Shown here: piece by piece, positions 10,496-19,925 of the stretch | Layout: every line of letters begins with the position of its first letter | Numbering within the stretch: position 1 is the stretch's first letter | From: Candidatus Latescibacterota bacterium | Lineage (GTDB): Bacteria > Latescibacterota > UBA2968 > UBA8231 | Length of the DNA stretch: 64,000 nt | Assembly: GCA_965261395.1 (NCBI GenBank) | Contig: OZ253462.1 | Location: 2,304,001 to 2,368,000, forward strand | Direction of reading: 5' to 3' | Notes under the pieces: model-generated | Seen by the model: only the letters and a program-made list of their open reading frames with translations | Databases searched by the model: none | What the model was told of the DNA's origin: nothing | Position numbers and translations under genes: made by a program

Positions 10496-11970
10496 AGCTG
10501 AGTAGGAAGTCATCGGCGTATCTGATGTATTCCAATTTTCTATAACTTTCGTCATCTATTATAGACGGAATAGATTTCATCAGCTCACCGTAGTGCTTAT
10601 AGGCATCCATATCCCTGCTTTTCTTTGCTTTTGAGCGTAAGTGCTCATAGCGCCGATATTCAGGGTTACGGCTACGGCCTCCATTTTCTTGTCGGCCATA
10701 GTTGTATAGAGGCAACAGTTCCTTTTCAATCCATTTATCGAACGCATCCAAGTATATATTGGACAGTAATGGACTGATTATTCCGCCTTGTGGTGTCCCA
10801 CTATGCGTTTGGTTATGTTGCCAATCTTCAACATACCCAGCTTTCATCAAGTTTTTAACCAGTCGTAAAAATCTCTGGTCATGGATGTTTTGACCTAATA
10901 TGTCCAACATTATATCGTGGTCGATGTTATCGAAACATCCCTTGATGTCACCTTCTATGAACCAGCTAATGTTCCTGTGAGATTGTCCAATCTGCTGTAA
11001 GGCAGTGTGGCAACCCCGTTGGGAGCGGAAGCCGTGACTTCGGTTACTGAAAGTCGGTTCATAGTAGGTTTCCAGCAGGATTTTCATGGTAGCTTGTAGT
11101 AACTTGTCATCTCCTGTTGGGATGCCAAGCGGCCTACTTTTACCATTACTTTTGGGGATGTATGTTCGGCGCACTGGTTGCCAACGGTAGGTCTCGCTTT
11201 TGATTTTCTGGATTATTCTGTCCATCCTTGCGGTTGACATATTATCCATTGTCTCATCGTCGATGCCTGGTGTCGTTGCACCTTTGTTGGCGTAAATCTC
11301 CGCGTATACCATCTTATACATCTCGATATTGAAGAGTTGTCTATACATCCTGTCCAAAGGTTTCCCTTCGATACCCCTCTTCTGGATGACATTTAAAACA
11401 GTTTCGGCAGTCTGCATTTCGCATACCTCCTTGTTTGAATGTCTAACATACCTGTCTCCCTTCGCCATGTAAGGGTCTTTCTCCCTCGCTGACTACTATG
11501 GAGACTCCGTGACCATGTGCCTCTCGGCATGTAGGCCATCCCTGCTTCCGTGCATAATCACTGGCAGTATCCCTTAGATTCCTCGTTCGTCCCCTTAGTC
11601 TTGCTCTTTGCAAGCTGTCTCCTCGTTGGCAGGTAGTCTTGGCAACTCGCTTATGCCAAAGACCGTTTGACGGGTATACTAGATTAATACACGTCCGGAG
11701 GATTTGGGTTTCAGCCATATTTCCCAAAGATGCCCGATTTACACCGACTGGGAACTGAGGTTCAGGCAGTTTAGCTTTAATCATAGGATACAGGTCTTGA
11801 CGGACTGAAGTTCATTATGGCTATCCCGTCATCCGCTTTTACCACCATGCTGTGTTCCCCTCCCCTTTTCAGGTTTGGGTAAGGTGGTTGACCTATGGGG
11901 TGCCCTGCTCCCCATGTCTGCTCCCCATGTCTGCTTTACAGACAGGTGATTATGCCGTGAACAGGCGCAC

Positions 11971-12030
11971 GCGCGTCTCGGGATCAGACCCTAAGTTGCC
12001 GATGAGTAAAACCTTGTTGAGACTCGACAT
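11971..12030 (-). CDS. ssb: Single-stranded DNA-binding protein, exon 1 (MSSLNKVLLIGNLGSDPETR)
   Basis: Canonical SSB N-terminus NKVxLIGNLGxDPE; AAGGAG RBS; ends exactly at the intron GTGCG. Confidence 0.92.
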
Positions 12031-12031
12031 A

Positions 12032-12265
12032 TTATTGCTCCTTGTCTTGCCCGTTGGGCTTGGTGAACCGGTTGGGGATGCTGAGATAATCCTGCTTCCA
12101 CTCGCTGCGCTTGCGGCGCTTGCGTGCCTGGGGTGTCTCGATGCCGTAGCGGCGGCAGAGGCGGCTGAAGCTGCCCGGGGCAATGCCCAAGGCCGAGCCG
12201 GCGTCGTGATTGCTGGCATACATCCGCGCGGCGCGTTCGATGCGATCTTTTGCGATAGGCGGCAT
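12032..12265 (-). CDS. Small basic HTH-like protein (77 aa), probably co-transcribed with ssb
   Basis: AAGGAG RBS; AGSALGIAPGSFSRLCRRYGI resembles a Fis-type HTH. Confidence 0.65.
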   Translation of the reverse strand: MPPIAKDRIERAARMYASNHDAGSALGIAPGSFSRLCRRYGIETPQARKRRKRSEWKQDYLSIPNRFTKPNGQDKEQ

Positions 12266-12456
12266 GAGTTTCTCCTTTTGTGCCAGATTAAGCTAGGTAG
12301 CGAAAAACGGGAAAGCTCCAGACGACGAAGATTGCTCCTGTACACATCGGCCCTAGCCTGCTTACTTGGCGCTGGGCGTGCTTGTTTTTGCTCAACTCGC
12401 GTAAGGCGTGAAACGCAAAAATTGGGTTCATTGTTCTGCTCTCCTATGGCCAGCTA

Positions 12457-12540
12457 TTAGTTGAGAAGCGGCTTCACCGCAAATACGAAGAGGCTGACGA
12501 GGGCGTACATTAGGCCCTGGCTGATGATCTCGCGTCGCAT
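12457..12540 (-). CDS. Putative 27-aa hydrophobic small protein (MRREIISQGLMYALVSLFVFAVKPLLN)
   Basis: AAGGAG RBS upstream of the ATG; one TM-length hydrophobic stretch; below the ORF-track cutoff. Confidence 0.45.
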   Translation of the reverse strand: MRREIISQGLMYALVSLFVFAVKPLLN

Positions 12541-12886
12541 GTGGTTTTGCTCCTTGCGATGAGGTGCTTAGTGCTCAGTTTTCCAACGCAAAAAAGGCCC
12601 TTTTTACTTCGATTACCTGCACAAAAAGATAGTAAACATTTGTATATAAGTCAAGAAATTTGCTCCCTTTTTTTACCTCGTTTTACAAGGGTTTTTCCAT
12701 CTGACCAAAAAACAATAACTTATTGATATAAAAAAACTTTTTCAGCTTAATAAATTTCCGTTAATATATAAAAAAACAAAGATTGCCCTGCCCTGCAAAC
12801 GCGGTAGTGCTGCGCAGAGCTTCGTTTGTTACATTATGGGCACTAATGGCGCAACGGCTGCGAATCTACGAGAAAGGAGAAAAGCC

Positions 12887-13300
12887 ATGAGTACGGTACT
12901 CGTCCACATTGGCGTCCGAGCCACCGACCTCGAAAAGACCATCCGCTTTTGGCGCGACGGCCTCGGCCTGCCCGTGGTCTCGACCCACGAGAATTGCTAC
13001 GACCTCAGCGACGGCCACCACAACTTCCGAGTTTTCCAGCACAACGGCCCGGCCCGCCCGGACCACGTCAGCGGGATGCTCGACTACCTGCACATCGGCG
13101 TGCGGGTGCCCGACCTCGCAGCCGCCGGCAGCCGCCTATTGGCCATGGGCTATGAAATTTTTTCCGATGGTTTAGGAGGCAAAGAGCCGGTTGATGTCCA
13201 CAACATCCACGAAGGGGCCTTCAAGGTCGAAGACCCAGATGGCATTACCGTGGACGTGACGGCCAGCGACGGTCAATGGCCTGGTGCGGTGCTCAAATAG
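12887..13300 (+). CDS. VOC / glyoxalase family protein
   Basis: HIGVRATDLEKTIRFWRDGLG, HIGVRVPDL, EDPDG. Confidence 0.85.
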   Translation: MSTVLVHIGVRATDLEKTIRFWRDGLGLPVVSTHENCYDLSDGHHNFRVFQHNGPARPDHVSGMLDYLHIGVRVPDLAAAGSRLLAMGYEIFSDGLGGKEPVDVHNIHEGAFKVEDPDGITVDVTASDGQWPGAVLK

Positions 13301-13342
13301 CCCAACTCCATTCCAATCCTTACCCCTAATCGAGAGGATCTA

Positions 13343-14746
13343 ATGCCAGCCAAAAAGACCAACGTCATTATCTTCGGCATCGACAGCCTGCGCGCCGATC
13401 GCATGAGTTGTTATGGCTACCACCGCCAGACCACGCCCCATATCGACCGCTTTGCCGCAGACGCCGTGCTCTTTGAAAAGAACTACTCGGCCCACATTCC
13501 CACGACCTCGGCCTACGCCTCCATGCTCACCGGCCTCGACTGCTTCGGCACCAGCGTCGTGGCCCTGCGCCACCGCGGCGGCCTGCCCAAAAAGATCAGC
13601 ACCCTACCCGAGATCCTGCGCAGCAGCGGCTACAACACCTCGTGCGTTGGGTTCACGGGCAACCCCAGTTCGCGCGGCTTCAGCCGCTATTTGGACTATC
13701 CGGGTTGGGGTTCCTTTGCCGAAGGCCGCAGCCCCAAGGCCGAAAACCTCAACCAAGTCGCCATCCCCGAGCTGGAACGGCTCGCGCGCTCGAAGAAACC
13801 CTTCTTCCTGTTCTTGCGCCACATGGACCCACACGCCCCCTATCTGCCGCCGGCCCCCTTTGAGCGGATGTTTTACAGCGGCAACGAATTCGACCCCAAA
13901 AACAAGAGCATGGAGCCGGTGTTTAGCTTCAAGCCCTTCTGCGACTTCTTCGCCGATTGGATGCCGCCCGGAGTGCGCGACCGCCACTATGTGGATGCCC
14001 AGTACGACGGTGCCGTCGCCTATATGGACGCCTGCATTCAGCGCATCCTCACCCGCGTCGAAGAGCTGGGCTTGGGCGACAATACCTTGATCGTCATCAA
14101 CGGCGACCACGGCGAGACCCTGTACGAGCACGACTGCTGGTACGACCACCACGGCATGTACGAAAACACGCTACACGTGCCGCAGATCATCCGCCTGCCC
14201 GGCAAGTTGCCCGCGGGCAAGCGCGTCGCGGGGACCGCCCTGCACCAAGACTTGGTGCCCACCGTACTCAGGCTCCTCAACATCCGCGCGGACATCGCAT
14301 TCGACGGTCAGTCGCTACTGCCGCTGATCGCGGGTCAAAGGGCCTCCAACTACTCGGATTTTTACATCACGGAATGCACTTGGATGCGCAAGCACGGCTG
14401 GCGCACCCCGGAGTGGAAGCTGATCGTCGCGCTAGAGCCGGACTTCCACTTTAAGCCCGAAGTCGAGCTATACAACTTGGTCGCCGACCCGCTGGAGCTG
14501 AAAAACTTGGCGAAAAAAGAGCCGGGGATCGTTGCCACTCTGAAGGAGCGGATGGAGGCGTGGATCGCCAAACGCGAGCGGGAAACGGGCGAGATTAACC
14601 CGATGTACACCAATTTGCAGTGGCACGGCTCAAAGACACACGAGGGACCGTTCGAGACTTCGCAACAGGCGTACGACACCTTGCATATCGGCTCGGTGGG
14701 TGCGGCAAACAGATTGCAGGCGGGGAAAAAGAAAAAGGGGTCGTAG
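13343..14746 (+). CDS. Sulfatase-like hydrolase
   Basis: IDSLRAD, TPHID, DPHAPY, GDHGE; non-canonical PTTSAYASMLTG at the nucleophile site. Confidence 0.85.
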   Translation: MPAKKTNVIIFGIDSLRADRMSCYGYHRQTTPHIDRFAADAVLFEKNYSAHIPTTSAYASMLTGLDCFGTSVVALRHRGGLPKKISTLPEILRSSGYNTSCVGFTGNPSSRGFSRYLDYPGWGSFAEGRSPKAENLNQVAIPELERLARSKKPFFLFLRHMDPHAPYLPPAPFERMFYSGNEFDPKNKSMEPVFSFKPFCDFFADWMPPGVRDRHYVDAQYDGAVAYMDACIQRILTRVEELGLGDNTLIVINGDHGETLYEHDCWYDHHGMYENTLHVPQIIRLPGKLPAGKRVAGTALHQDLVPTVLRLLNIRADIAFDGQSLLPLIAGQRASNYSDFYITECTWMRKHGWRTPEWKLIVALEPDFHFKPEVELYNLVADPLELKNLAKKEPGIVATLKERMEAWIAKRERETGEINPMYTNLQWHGSKTHEGPFETSQQAYDTLHIGSVGAANRLQAGKKKKGS

Positions 14747-14833
14747 CGAAACCACGCGCCCTTGCGCAGGTTACGGTCGGTCCTATATTGCCGAAAACCG
14801 GGCGCAATGTCGCAATGTAAGGGGAAATGCACT

Positions 14834-15400
14834 ATGACCACACAGCCGCAAAACCGCGCCTTCACGGTCGGCGAATACTACCGCATGGTCGAGGCGGACA
14901 TCCTCACCGAGGAGGATCGCGTTGAGCTTATCGCCGGGCAGATCGTCGCCATGAGCCCCATTGGCAGCCGCCACGCCGCTTGTGTTGATCGACTCAACGG
15001 CTTATTGCATCGCCAGCCAGAACAGGCCTTCATCGTGCGAGTGCAAAGCCCCATCGCTCTCGACGCGTACTCCGAGCCGGAGCCGGACCTGGTGCTACTC
15101 CGTCCCCGCGTCGACTTCTACGCAGAGGCCCATCCGTCGGCGGCCGATGTGCTACTGGCCGTCGAAGTCGCCGATACGTCGGTCGACTACGACCGCGAGG
15201 TCAAGCGGCCCCTCTACGCTCAAGCCGGCCTTCCCGAAGTGTGGCTGATCGACCCCCGCGTACGCGGGGGCCGCATCGAAGTGTACGCCCGGCCCCAAGG
15301 CGGCGCGTACCAACAGCGCGTCAAAGTCACAGCCGACACCACCCTCACCTCGCCGACGATCCCCCAGCTCGCATTGGCCGCCGCTGACTTGTTAGGCTGA
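14834..15400 (+). CDS. Uma2 family endonuclease
   Basis: ELIAGQIVAMSP, EPEPD, VEVADT, KxxLYAQAGLPEVW. Confidence 0.88.
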   Translation: MTTQPQNRAFTVGEYYRMVEADILTEEDRVELIAGQIVAMSPIGSRHAACVDRLNGLLHRQPEQAFIVRVQSPIALDAYSEPEPDLVLLRPRVDFYAEAHPSAADVLLAVEVADTSVDYDREVKRPLYAQAGLPEVWLIDPRVRGGRIEVYARPQGGAYQQRVKVTADTTLTSPTIPQLALAAADLLG

Positions 15401-15402
15401 CG

Positions 15403-15460
15403 TTACTCACCCTCCGTCCACGCCCAATCTAGCCACGAGACTAGCGCTTCGATGTCGCTG
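15403..15460 (-). repeat. Displaced duplicate of the serC 3' end (SDIEALVSWLDWAWTEGE*)
   Basis: 15420-15460 matches 17673-17713 at 37 of 41 nt and ends in its own TAA. Confidence 0.85.
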
Positions 15461-15473
15461 TCTTGAAATACCT

Positions 15474-17579
15474 ATGATCAATACGGATCAAATCAAAACA
15501 GTACGAGCGGCTCGAGAACTGCTTGAAGAAGTAGCCCGTTCTGACAGAAGACTTGTCTATTGGGTTGGCGCAGGAGCAAGTGCATGGGCTGGTTATCCGC
15601 TTTGGAATGATCTCTCTGAGATAGTCCATAGAGCTTTCTCACGTTATGAATCGGGATACGATGCCCAATATGGATTGGAGCTTCTCCAGACTGGTAATTA
15701 TCCAACTTTCTTTGAGAAAATAAAATCTGCTTCTCCTCAGAGATACAACCGACTAATCAAGGAGCAATTTACAATACAGCAACCTACACCTGTTTATAGT
15801 AGATTTTTATCAGCCATCTCTTCTATTCAACCAATCCGTCTTATTACCACAAATGTTGATGAGATGCTGGAAAAAGGTTTGGAAGGTGTACAGACAGTAC
15901 AACGAGATGATATTGAGCAAATTTTAGATCTTAATGCTTCAGATAAGTCATACCTGCTCAAGTTGCATGGTAGTGTTTCAGATATTGAATCAGTAGTTTT
16001 TACCAAGTCTGATTACGATGCTGTTTGGTCCAGTTATCGTGTTCCTGATATCCTCTCTAAGGTGATCGTCGAGTCCTCGTTAGTATTTATCGGGTACAGC
16101 TTGCAAGACCAGTCGGTAGTAGAGCTTCTTGAGCGGTCAGATCAACTTCGTAGTCTTCTTGGCGATGGCCCCCACTTCGCAATACTTCCTCAAGATAACA
16201 CTCAGTTACCTCCAAGTGTAAGGATAATCGAATACAAACCGATACCTTACAAAGATCACCGAACCTCAATAACCGTAATCGAGGAAGTAACTGCATCACG
16301 AAAAGGCCAAGATCCCGATTATATACCACAAGAGGCAGCTTCAAATCTAATAAGTGCACATCTACTTTTTGATATATTCCCTCCAGGAACTTGGAGCACT
16401 TCATATACTGCGGAGGCAACTTCTAGCTCTGGGGATGAAGTTTCTGTAACTGCTGGACTAGGATTTAAAAGTGATGAATTGGCTACTCGACAATCAACTG
16501 CTCTGAATGACTTGCTTGTTGGTCTCACTTGTTTTGATATTGTTTACGCTCCGTTCACTGCAGCCGCAAGATTAATTAAATTACTTGGTGAGCCGCTTTT
16601 TATGTACCTCGTGAAGAATGATGAACTTCGTTTTATTCATTGGGAACGAGAGTTGGTTTTGATATTCAGGTCTAAAGATGTCTTGAGACGAGGTGAACTC
16701 AATCCAATTACGGTATACGATCGCAAAGATGGCCCTCCTCTTCAAGCCATAGATCACTTACGACGTTGGATTACTCCTCAAACTGGAAAGGAAGCTCAAG
16801 CAGAAGAAAACGTCGGAATCATAGCAACACAAACTATAACTATTAAACAAGATCAAGAACAAGATATTGTTGGTCGTACTAGATCATTACTTATCAGTCC
16901 ACGTATTAGGAATATGCTTGGCGTGAGCGGAGGAGCTCCTTTAGATCAAATTACACAGTGGAACACATTTCCAGTTCTTCGCCTTGGTCATGTAGTTAAA
17001 ATTGGTACTGCATGTAATTTATTAGGCCTCGCTTCTGCCAAATTAGATTTTGGTTCTAGTGGTTTAGCAGGGCCAGCTTTTGCCACATCTTTTGGTCAAG
17101 AATGGTCTGATTCAGTTGCGAGTTATGTTTTGTGTGGCACTTTCTCAGAGGATCTTGGTAGATTAGCAGAATCCGATCCAGCGCTCATTGCAGCAGTGCT
17201 CAAATTCCGCGAATCCGCTGCAGGCTTACGCCTACGCGAGGAGGTGATGAGGCAAATTGCGGCTTCTGAGGGGGCTGAGGTTCGCGCTTCTGTGAATGCA
17301 GGTCTTAGGCAACTTTTGCCAAGTAGTGTCATGGATCAGGCACGGCGTCAGTTCGTCAATCTATATGTCAGTCCTACAAATCTTCAACAACCGAGAGCGA
17401 TGCTTTGGAATGATGCACGTTCAGCGGACCAAGCGTTGCGTTTATGGCGCGAACGAAGTCTACGCGAATTGAATGAAATATGCAGTAAAGCCGGTATTTC
17501 TCAATATGATCCATGTCCTTGTGGTTCTGGAGAGAAGTTAAAATTCTGCTGCGAAGAGTCATTGAGATCTAATTTATAG
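15474..17579 (+). CDS. SIR2-like (SIR2_2) domain protein with a C-terminal SEC-C zinc motif; putative defence NADase
   Basis: WVGAGAS, TTNVD, KLHGS, FIGYSLQD; C-terminal CPCGSGEKLKFCC; visibly AT-richer than its flanks. Confidence 0.8.
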   Translation: MINTDQIKTVRAARELLEEVARSDRRLVYWVGAGASAWAGYPLWNDLSEIVHRAFSRYESGYDAQYGLELLQTGNYPTFFEKIKSASPQRYNRLIKEQFTIQQPTPVYSRFLSAISSIQPIRLITTNVDEMLEKGLEGVQTVQRDDIEQILDLNASDKSYLLKLHGSVSDIESVVFTKSDYDAVWSSYRVPDILSKVIVESSLVFIGYSLQDQSVVELLERSDQLRSLLGDGPHFAILPQDNTQLPPSVRIIEYKPIPYKDHRTSITVIEEVTASRKGQDPDYIPQEAASNLISAHLLFDIFPPGTWSTSYTAEATSSSGDEVSVTAGLGFKSDELATRQSTALNDLLVGLTCFDIVYAPFTAAARLIKLLGEPLFMYLVKNDELRFIHWERELVLIFRSKDVLRRGELNPITVYDRKDGPPLQAIDHLRRWITPQTGKEAQAEENVGIIATQTITIKQDQEQDIVGRTRSLLISPRIRNMLGVSGGAPLDQITQWNTFPVLRLGHVVKIGTACNLLGLASAKLDFGSSGLAGPAFATSFGQEWSDSVASYVLCGTFSEDLGRLAESDPALIAAVLKFRESAAGLRLREEVMRQIAASEGAEVRASVNAGLRQLLPSSVMDQARRQFVNLYVSPTNLQQPRAMLWNDARSADQALRLWRERSLRELNEICSKAGISQYDPCPCGSGEKLKFCCEESLRSNL

Positions 17580-17583
17580 AATT

Positions 17584-17628
17584 AACAGCTTTCGAAGGCT
17601 ACAGACGGCAGCCTTCGAAAGCTGTTTT
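17584..17628. terminator. Strong hairpin terminator between the SIR2 gene and serC
   Basis: AACAGCTTTCGAAGGCT...AGCCTTCGAAAGCTGTT perfect stem followed by a T-run. Confidence 0.8.
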
Positions 17629-17646
17629 TATTATAGTTACCAATTT

Positions 17647-18801
17647 TCATCCCTCGCCTTTTATTTCCGCAAACGCCCAATCCAGCCACGGGACTAGCCC
17701 TTCGATGTCACTGGTTTCCACCGTCGCTCCTCCCCAGATCCGCAGGCCGGGGGGTGCGGCGCGGTAGCCGTTGATGTCGTAGGCGACGCCCTCGTCTTCC
17801 AGCTTAGCGACGAGGGCTTTGACCTTTGCCCGTTGCGCGTCCTCGGTTAAGCCGGTAAACCACGCATCGGCGATCCGCAGGCAAATCGACGTACTAGAGC
17901 GAATCGCTCGGCGCGCGGGCAAAAATGCGATCCACTCGCTTGCGGCTTCCCACTGCTCCAGCACCGCGAGGTTGGCCTGCGTGCGCCGCACGAGTTCGGG
18001 CAAGCCGCCGCTGCGTTCGGCCCAGCGCAGTCCGTCGAGTGCGTCTTCCACGCACAGCAGGGAGGGCGTGTTGATGGTGTCGCCTTTGAACAGGGCCTCG
18101 TTGAGCTGGTCGCCTTGGGTCATGCGGAAGAGTTTGGGCACGGGCCAAGGCGGCGTGAAGCTGAGGAGCCGCTCGACCGCTCGCGGGCTGAGGATGAGCA
18201 TCCCGTGCGCGGCCTCGCCGCCCATGACCTTTTGCCAAGAGTAGGTAACTACGTCGAGCTTTTCCCAGGGCAGGTCCACGGCGAAGACCGCAGACGTCGC
18301 ATCGCAAATCACTAGGCCCTCGCGGTCAGCGTCGATCCACTCGCCATCGGGCACCTTCACCCCGGAGGTCGTGCCGTTCCACGCAAAGACCACGTCGCGG
18401 TCGCAGTCGATCAAGGACAGGTCGGGTAGCTGCCCGAAGTCGGCGTCGAAGACGCGCACGTCCTCCAGCCGCAGGTGCCGGGTAATGTCTGTCACCCAGC
18501 CCTTGCTGAAGCTCTCCCAGGATAGGACATCCACGCCGCGCGCCCCGAGCATGGACCACAGGCACATCTCCACGGCACCCGTATCCGAACCCGGCACTAC
18601 GGCTATGCGATAATCGGCCGGTACGCCCAGCAGTACACGCGACCGCTCGATGACTTCTTGTAGCTTGGCCCGTCCGACTGCGGCGCGGTGCGAGCGCCCC
18701 ACGGCCGCGTCTTTTAGAGCCGCAAGATTCCACCCAGGGCGCTTGGCGCAGGGACCAGAGGAAAAGCAGGGATTTTGCGGTTTGACTGCTGGCTTGGTCA
18801 T
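17647..18801 (-). CDS. serC: Phosphoserine aminotransferase (Methanosarcina / alphaproteobacterial type)
   Basis: [29 protein letters not shown] (PLP lysine), PPGLRIW. Confidence 0.92.
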   Translation of the reverse strand: MTKPAVKPQNPCFSSGPCAKRPGWNLAALKDAAVGRSHRAAVGRAKLQEVIERSRVLLGVPADYRIAVVPGSDTGAVEMCLWSMLGARGVDVLSWESFSKGWVTDITRHLRLEDVRVFDADFGQLPDLSLIDCDRDVVFAWNGTTSGVKVPDGEWIDADREGLVICDATSAVFAVDLPWEKLDVVTYSWQKVMGGEAAHGMLILSPRAVERLLSFTPPWPVPKLFRMTQGDQLNEALFKGDTINTPSLLCVEDALDGLRWAERSGGLPELVRRTQANLAVLEQWEAASEWIAFLPARRAIRSSTSICLRIADAWFTGLTEDAQRAKVKALVAKLEDEGVAYDINGYRAAPPGLRIWGGATVETSDIEGLVPWLDWAFAEIKGEG

Positions 18802-19563
18802 CTACTCGGTCCGCGCCAGCATTCCGCCATCTACGGTCAACGCAGTTCCGGTGATAAAAGACGCCTCATCCGAGGCGAGAAACAGCACGGCGTTGGCGAT
18901 GTCCTCGCCCGTGCCCAAGCGCTGGGCCGGCACCATCTTGGCGTAGCGCACTCGTTCCTCTTCCGGCACTTGTAGATCGTCCCACAGGGGCGTCAGAATT
19001 GCCCCAGGGAGCACCGCGCAGACGCGGATGTCCGGTCCGTAGTCAATGGCGAGGGTCCGCGTCAGGCCCAAAACTCCGGCCTTGGCCGCGTCGTAGGCCG
19101 TGGCCGTGGCAAAGCTGACCAGCGAATGCACCGAGCCGGTGTTGATGATCACCCCGCCCCCAGTCTTGCGCATGACTGGGATGCCGTATTTGGCGGCGAG
19201 GAAAATCGCCTTCAAGCCGATGTTTAAGGTGCCGTCCCAATCCTTTTCGTCGAGCTCGGTCGCCGAGCCGTGGCGAAACCATATTGCGTTGTTGTGGACG
19301 ATGTCCACGCGGCCAAAGGCTTCTTCGGTGCGCGCGAACATTTCGATGACCTCGGCGGACTCGCCCACGTCGGTGCGGACGAAAATGGCTTCGCCGCCGT
19401 CGGCGTTGATTTTATCGACGACCCGCTGGCCGCCGTCGGCGTTGACATCGGCTACGCAGACGGACGCGCCTTCGCGCGCCAGCACCTGTGCGGTGACTTC
19501 CCCGATTCCCGAAGCCGCGCCTGTTACAATGGCCGCCTTACCGGCGATTCGACCTTTGTTCAT
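18802..19563 (-). CDS. SDR family oxidoreductase
   Basis: TGAASGIG, NNA, YDAAK, VDGG. Confidence 0.93.
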   Translation of the reverse strand: MNKGRIAGKAAIVTGAASGIGEVTAQVLAREGASVCVADVNADGGQRVVDKINADGGEAIFVRTDVGESAEVIEMFARTEEAFGRVDIVHNNAIWFRHGSATELDEKDWDGTLNIGLKAIFLAAKYGIPVMRKTGGGVIINTGSVHSLVSFATATAYDAAKAGVLGLTRTLAIDYGPDIRVCAVLPGAILTPLWDDLQVPEEERVRYAKMVPAQRLGTGEDIANAVLFLASDEASFITGTALTVDGGMLARTE

Positions 19564-19925
19564 AGTTGATCTCCTGTGTCAGAAGGTTCTTCGTCAACAA
19601 TGGCTTTTAGTTGTTCAATGAGCGGTGGCAAGTCGTTCTGAATAATTTTCCACAGAATGTCGAGATTAACGTCATCATAACCGTGAACCAGCCGGTTGCG
19701 CAGACCGATAATCTGGGGCCAAGGAATCGCCGTATGTTTCTGCTGCGTCTCCTCAGAAACGCGATTGGCTGCTTCGCCCACAATCTCCACCAATTTCTGC
19801 AGTGCGAGCTGCATCACTCGGTCTTCTACCACGTCATCTAGGCTTGTCCCACTGGACAAAGCGACAGCTTCCTTGGCGTAGATGAGCATATCCACGAGGC
19901 TTACGCGGTCATCACGCCTGCTCAT
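19560..19925 (-). CDS. HEPN / DUF86 (HepT-like) RNase toxin
   Basis: EIVGEA; RNRLVHGY (Rx4HxY). Confidence 0.9.
   Translation of the reverse strand: MSRRDDRVSLVDMLIYAKEAVALSSGTSLDDVVEDRVMQLALQKLVEIVGEAANRVSEETQQKHTAIPWPQIIGLRNRLVHGYDDVNLDILWKIIQNDLPPLIEQLKAIVDEEPSDTGDQL

Larger units (their letters stand above)
8023..11417 (-). pseudogene. ltrA: Intron-encoded RT / maturase / HNH endonuclease (~602 aa if rejoined), interrupted by an IS
   Basis: RPLGIP, SHGFR, EGDIKGCFD, GTPQGGIISPLLSNIYL, YIRYADD; maturase FLGY; CxxC-HH-CxxCH endonuclease; removing the IS gives YADDFLLS/FSGNKGE in frame. Confidence 0.92.
7948..11970 (-). mobile_element. Group II intron (IIA / ML-like) inserted in ssb
   Basis: 5' GTGCG at 11970; domain V GAGAGCCGGATGCGGTGAAAGCCGCAAGTCCGGTTC (~8005-8040); domain VI ending CCTACCCTAC at 7948; removal restores the ssb frame. 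Confidence 0.93.

Noticed and set aside
10485-11468. RT considered as a retron, DGR or defence-associated RT
   Set aside because: Group II intron ends, domains V/VI and the maturase/endonuclease half are all present
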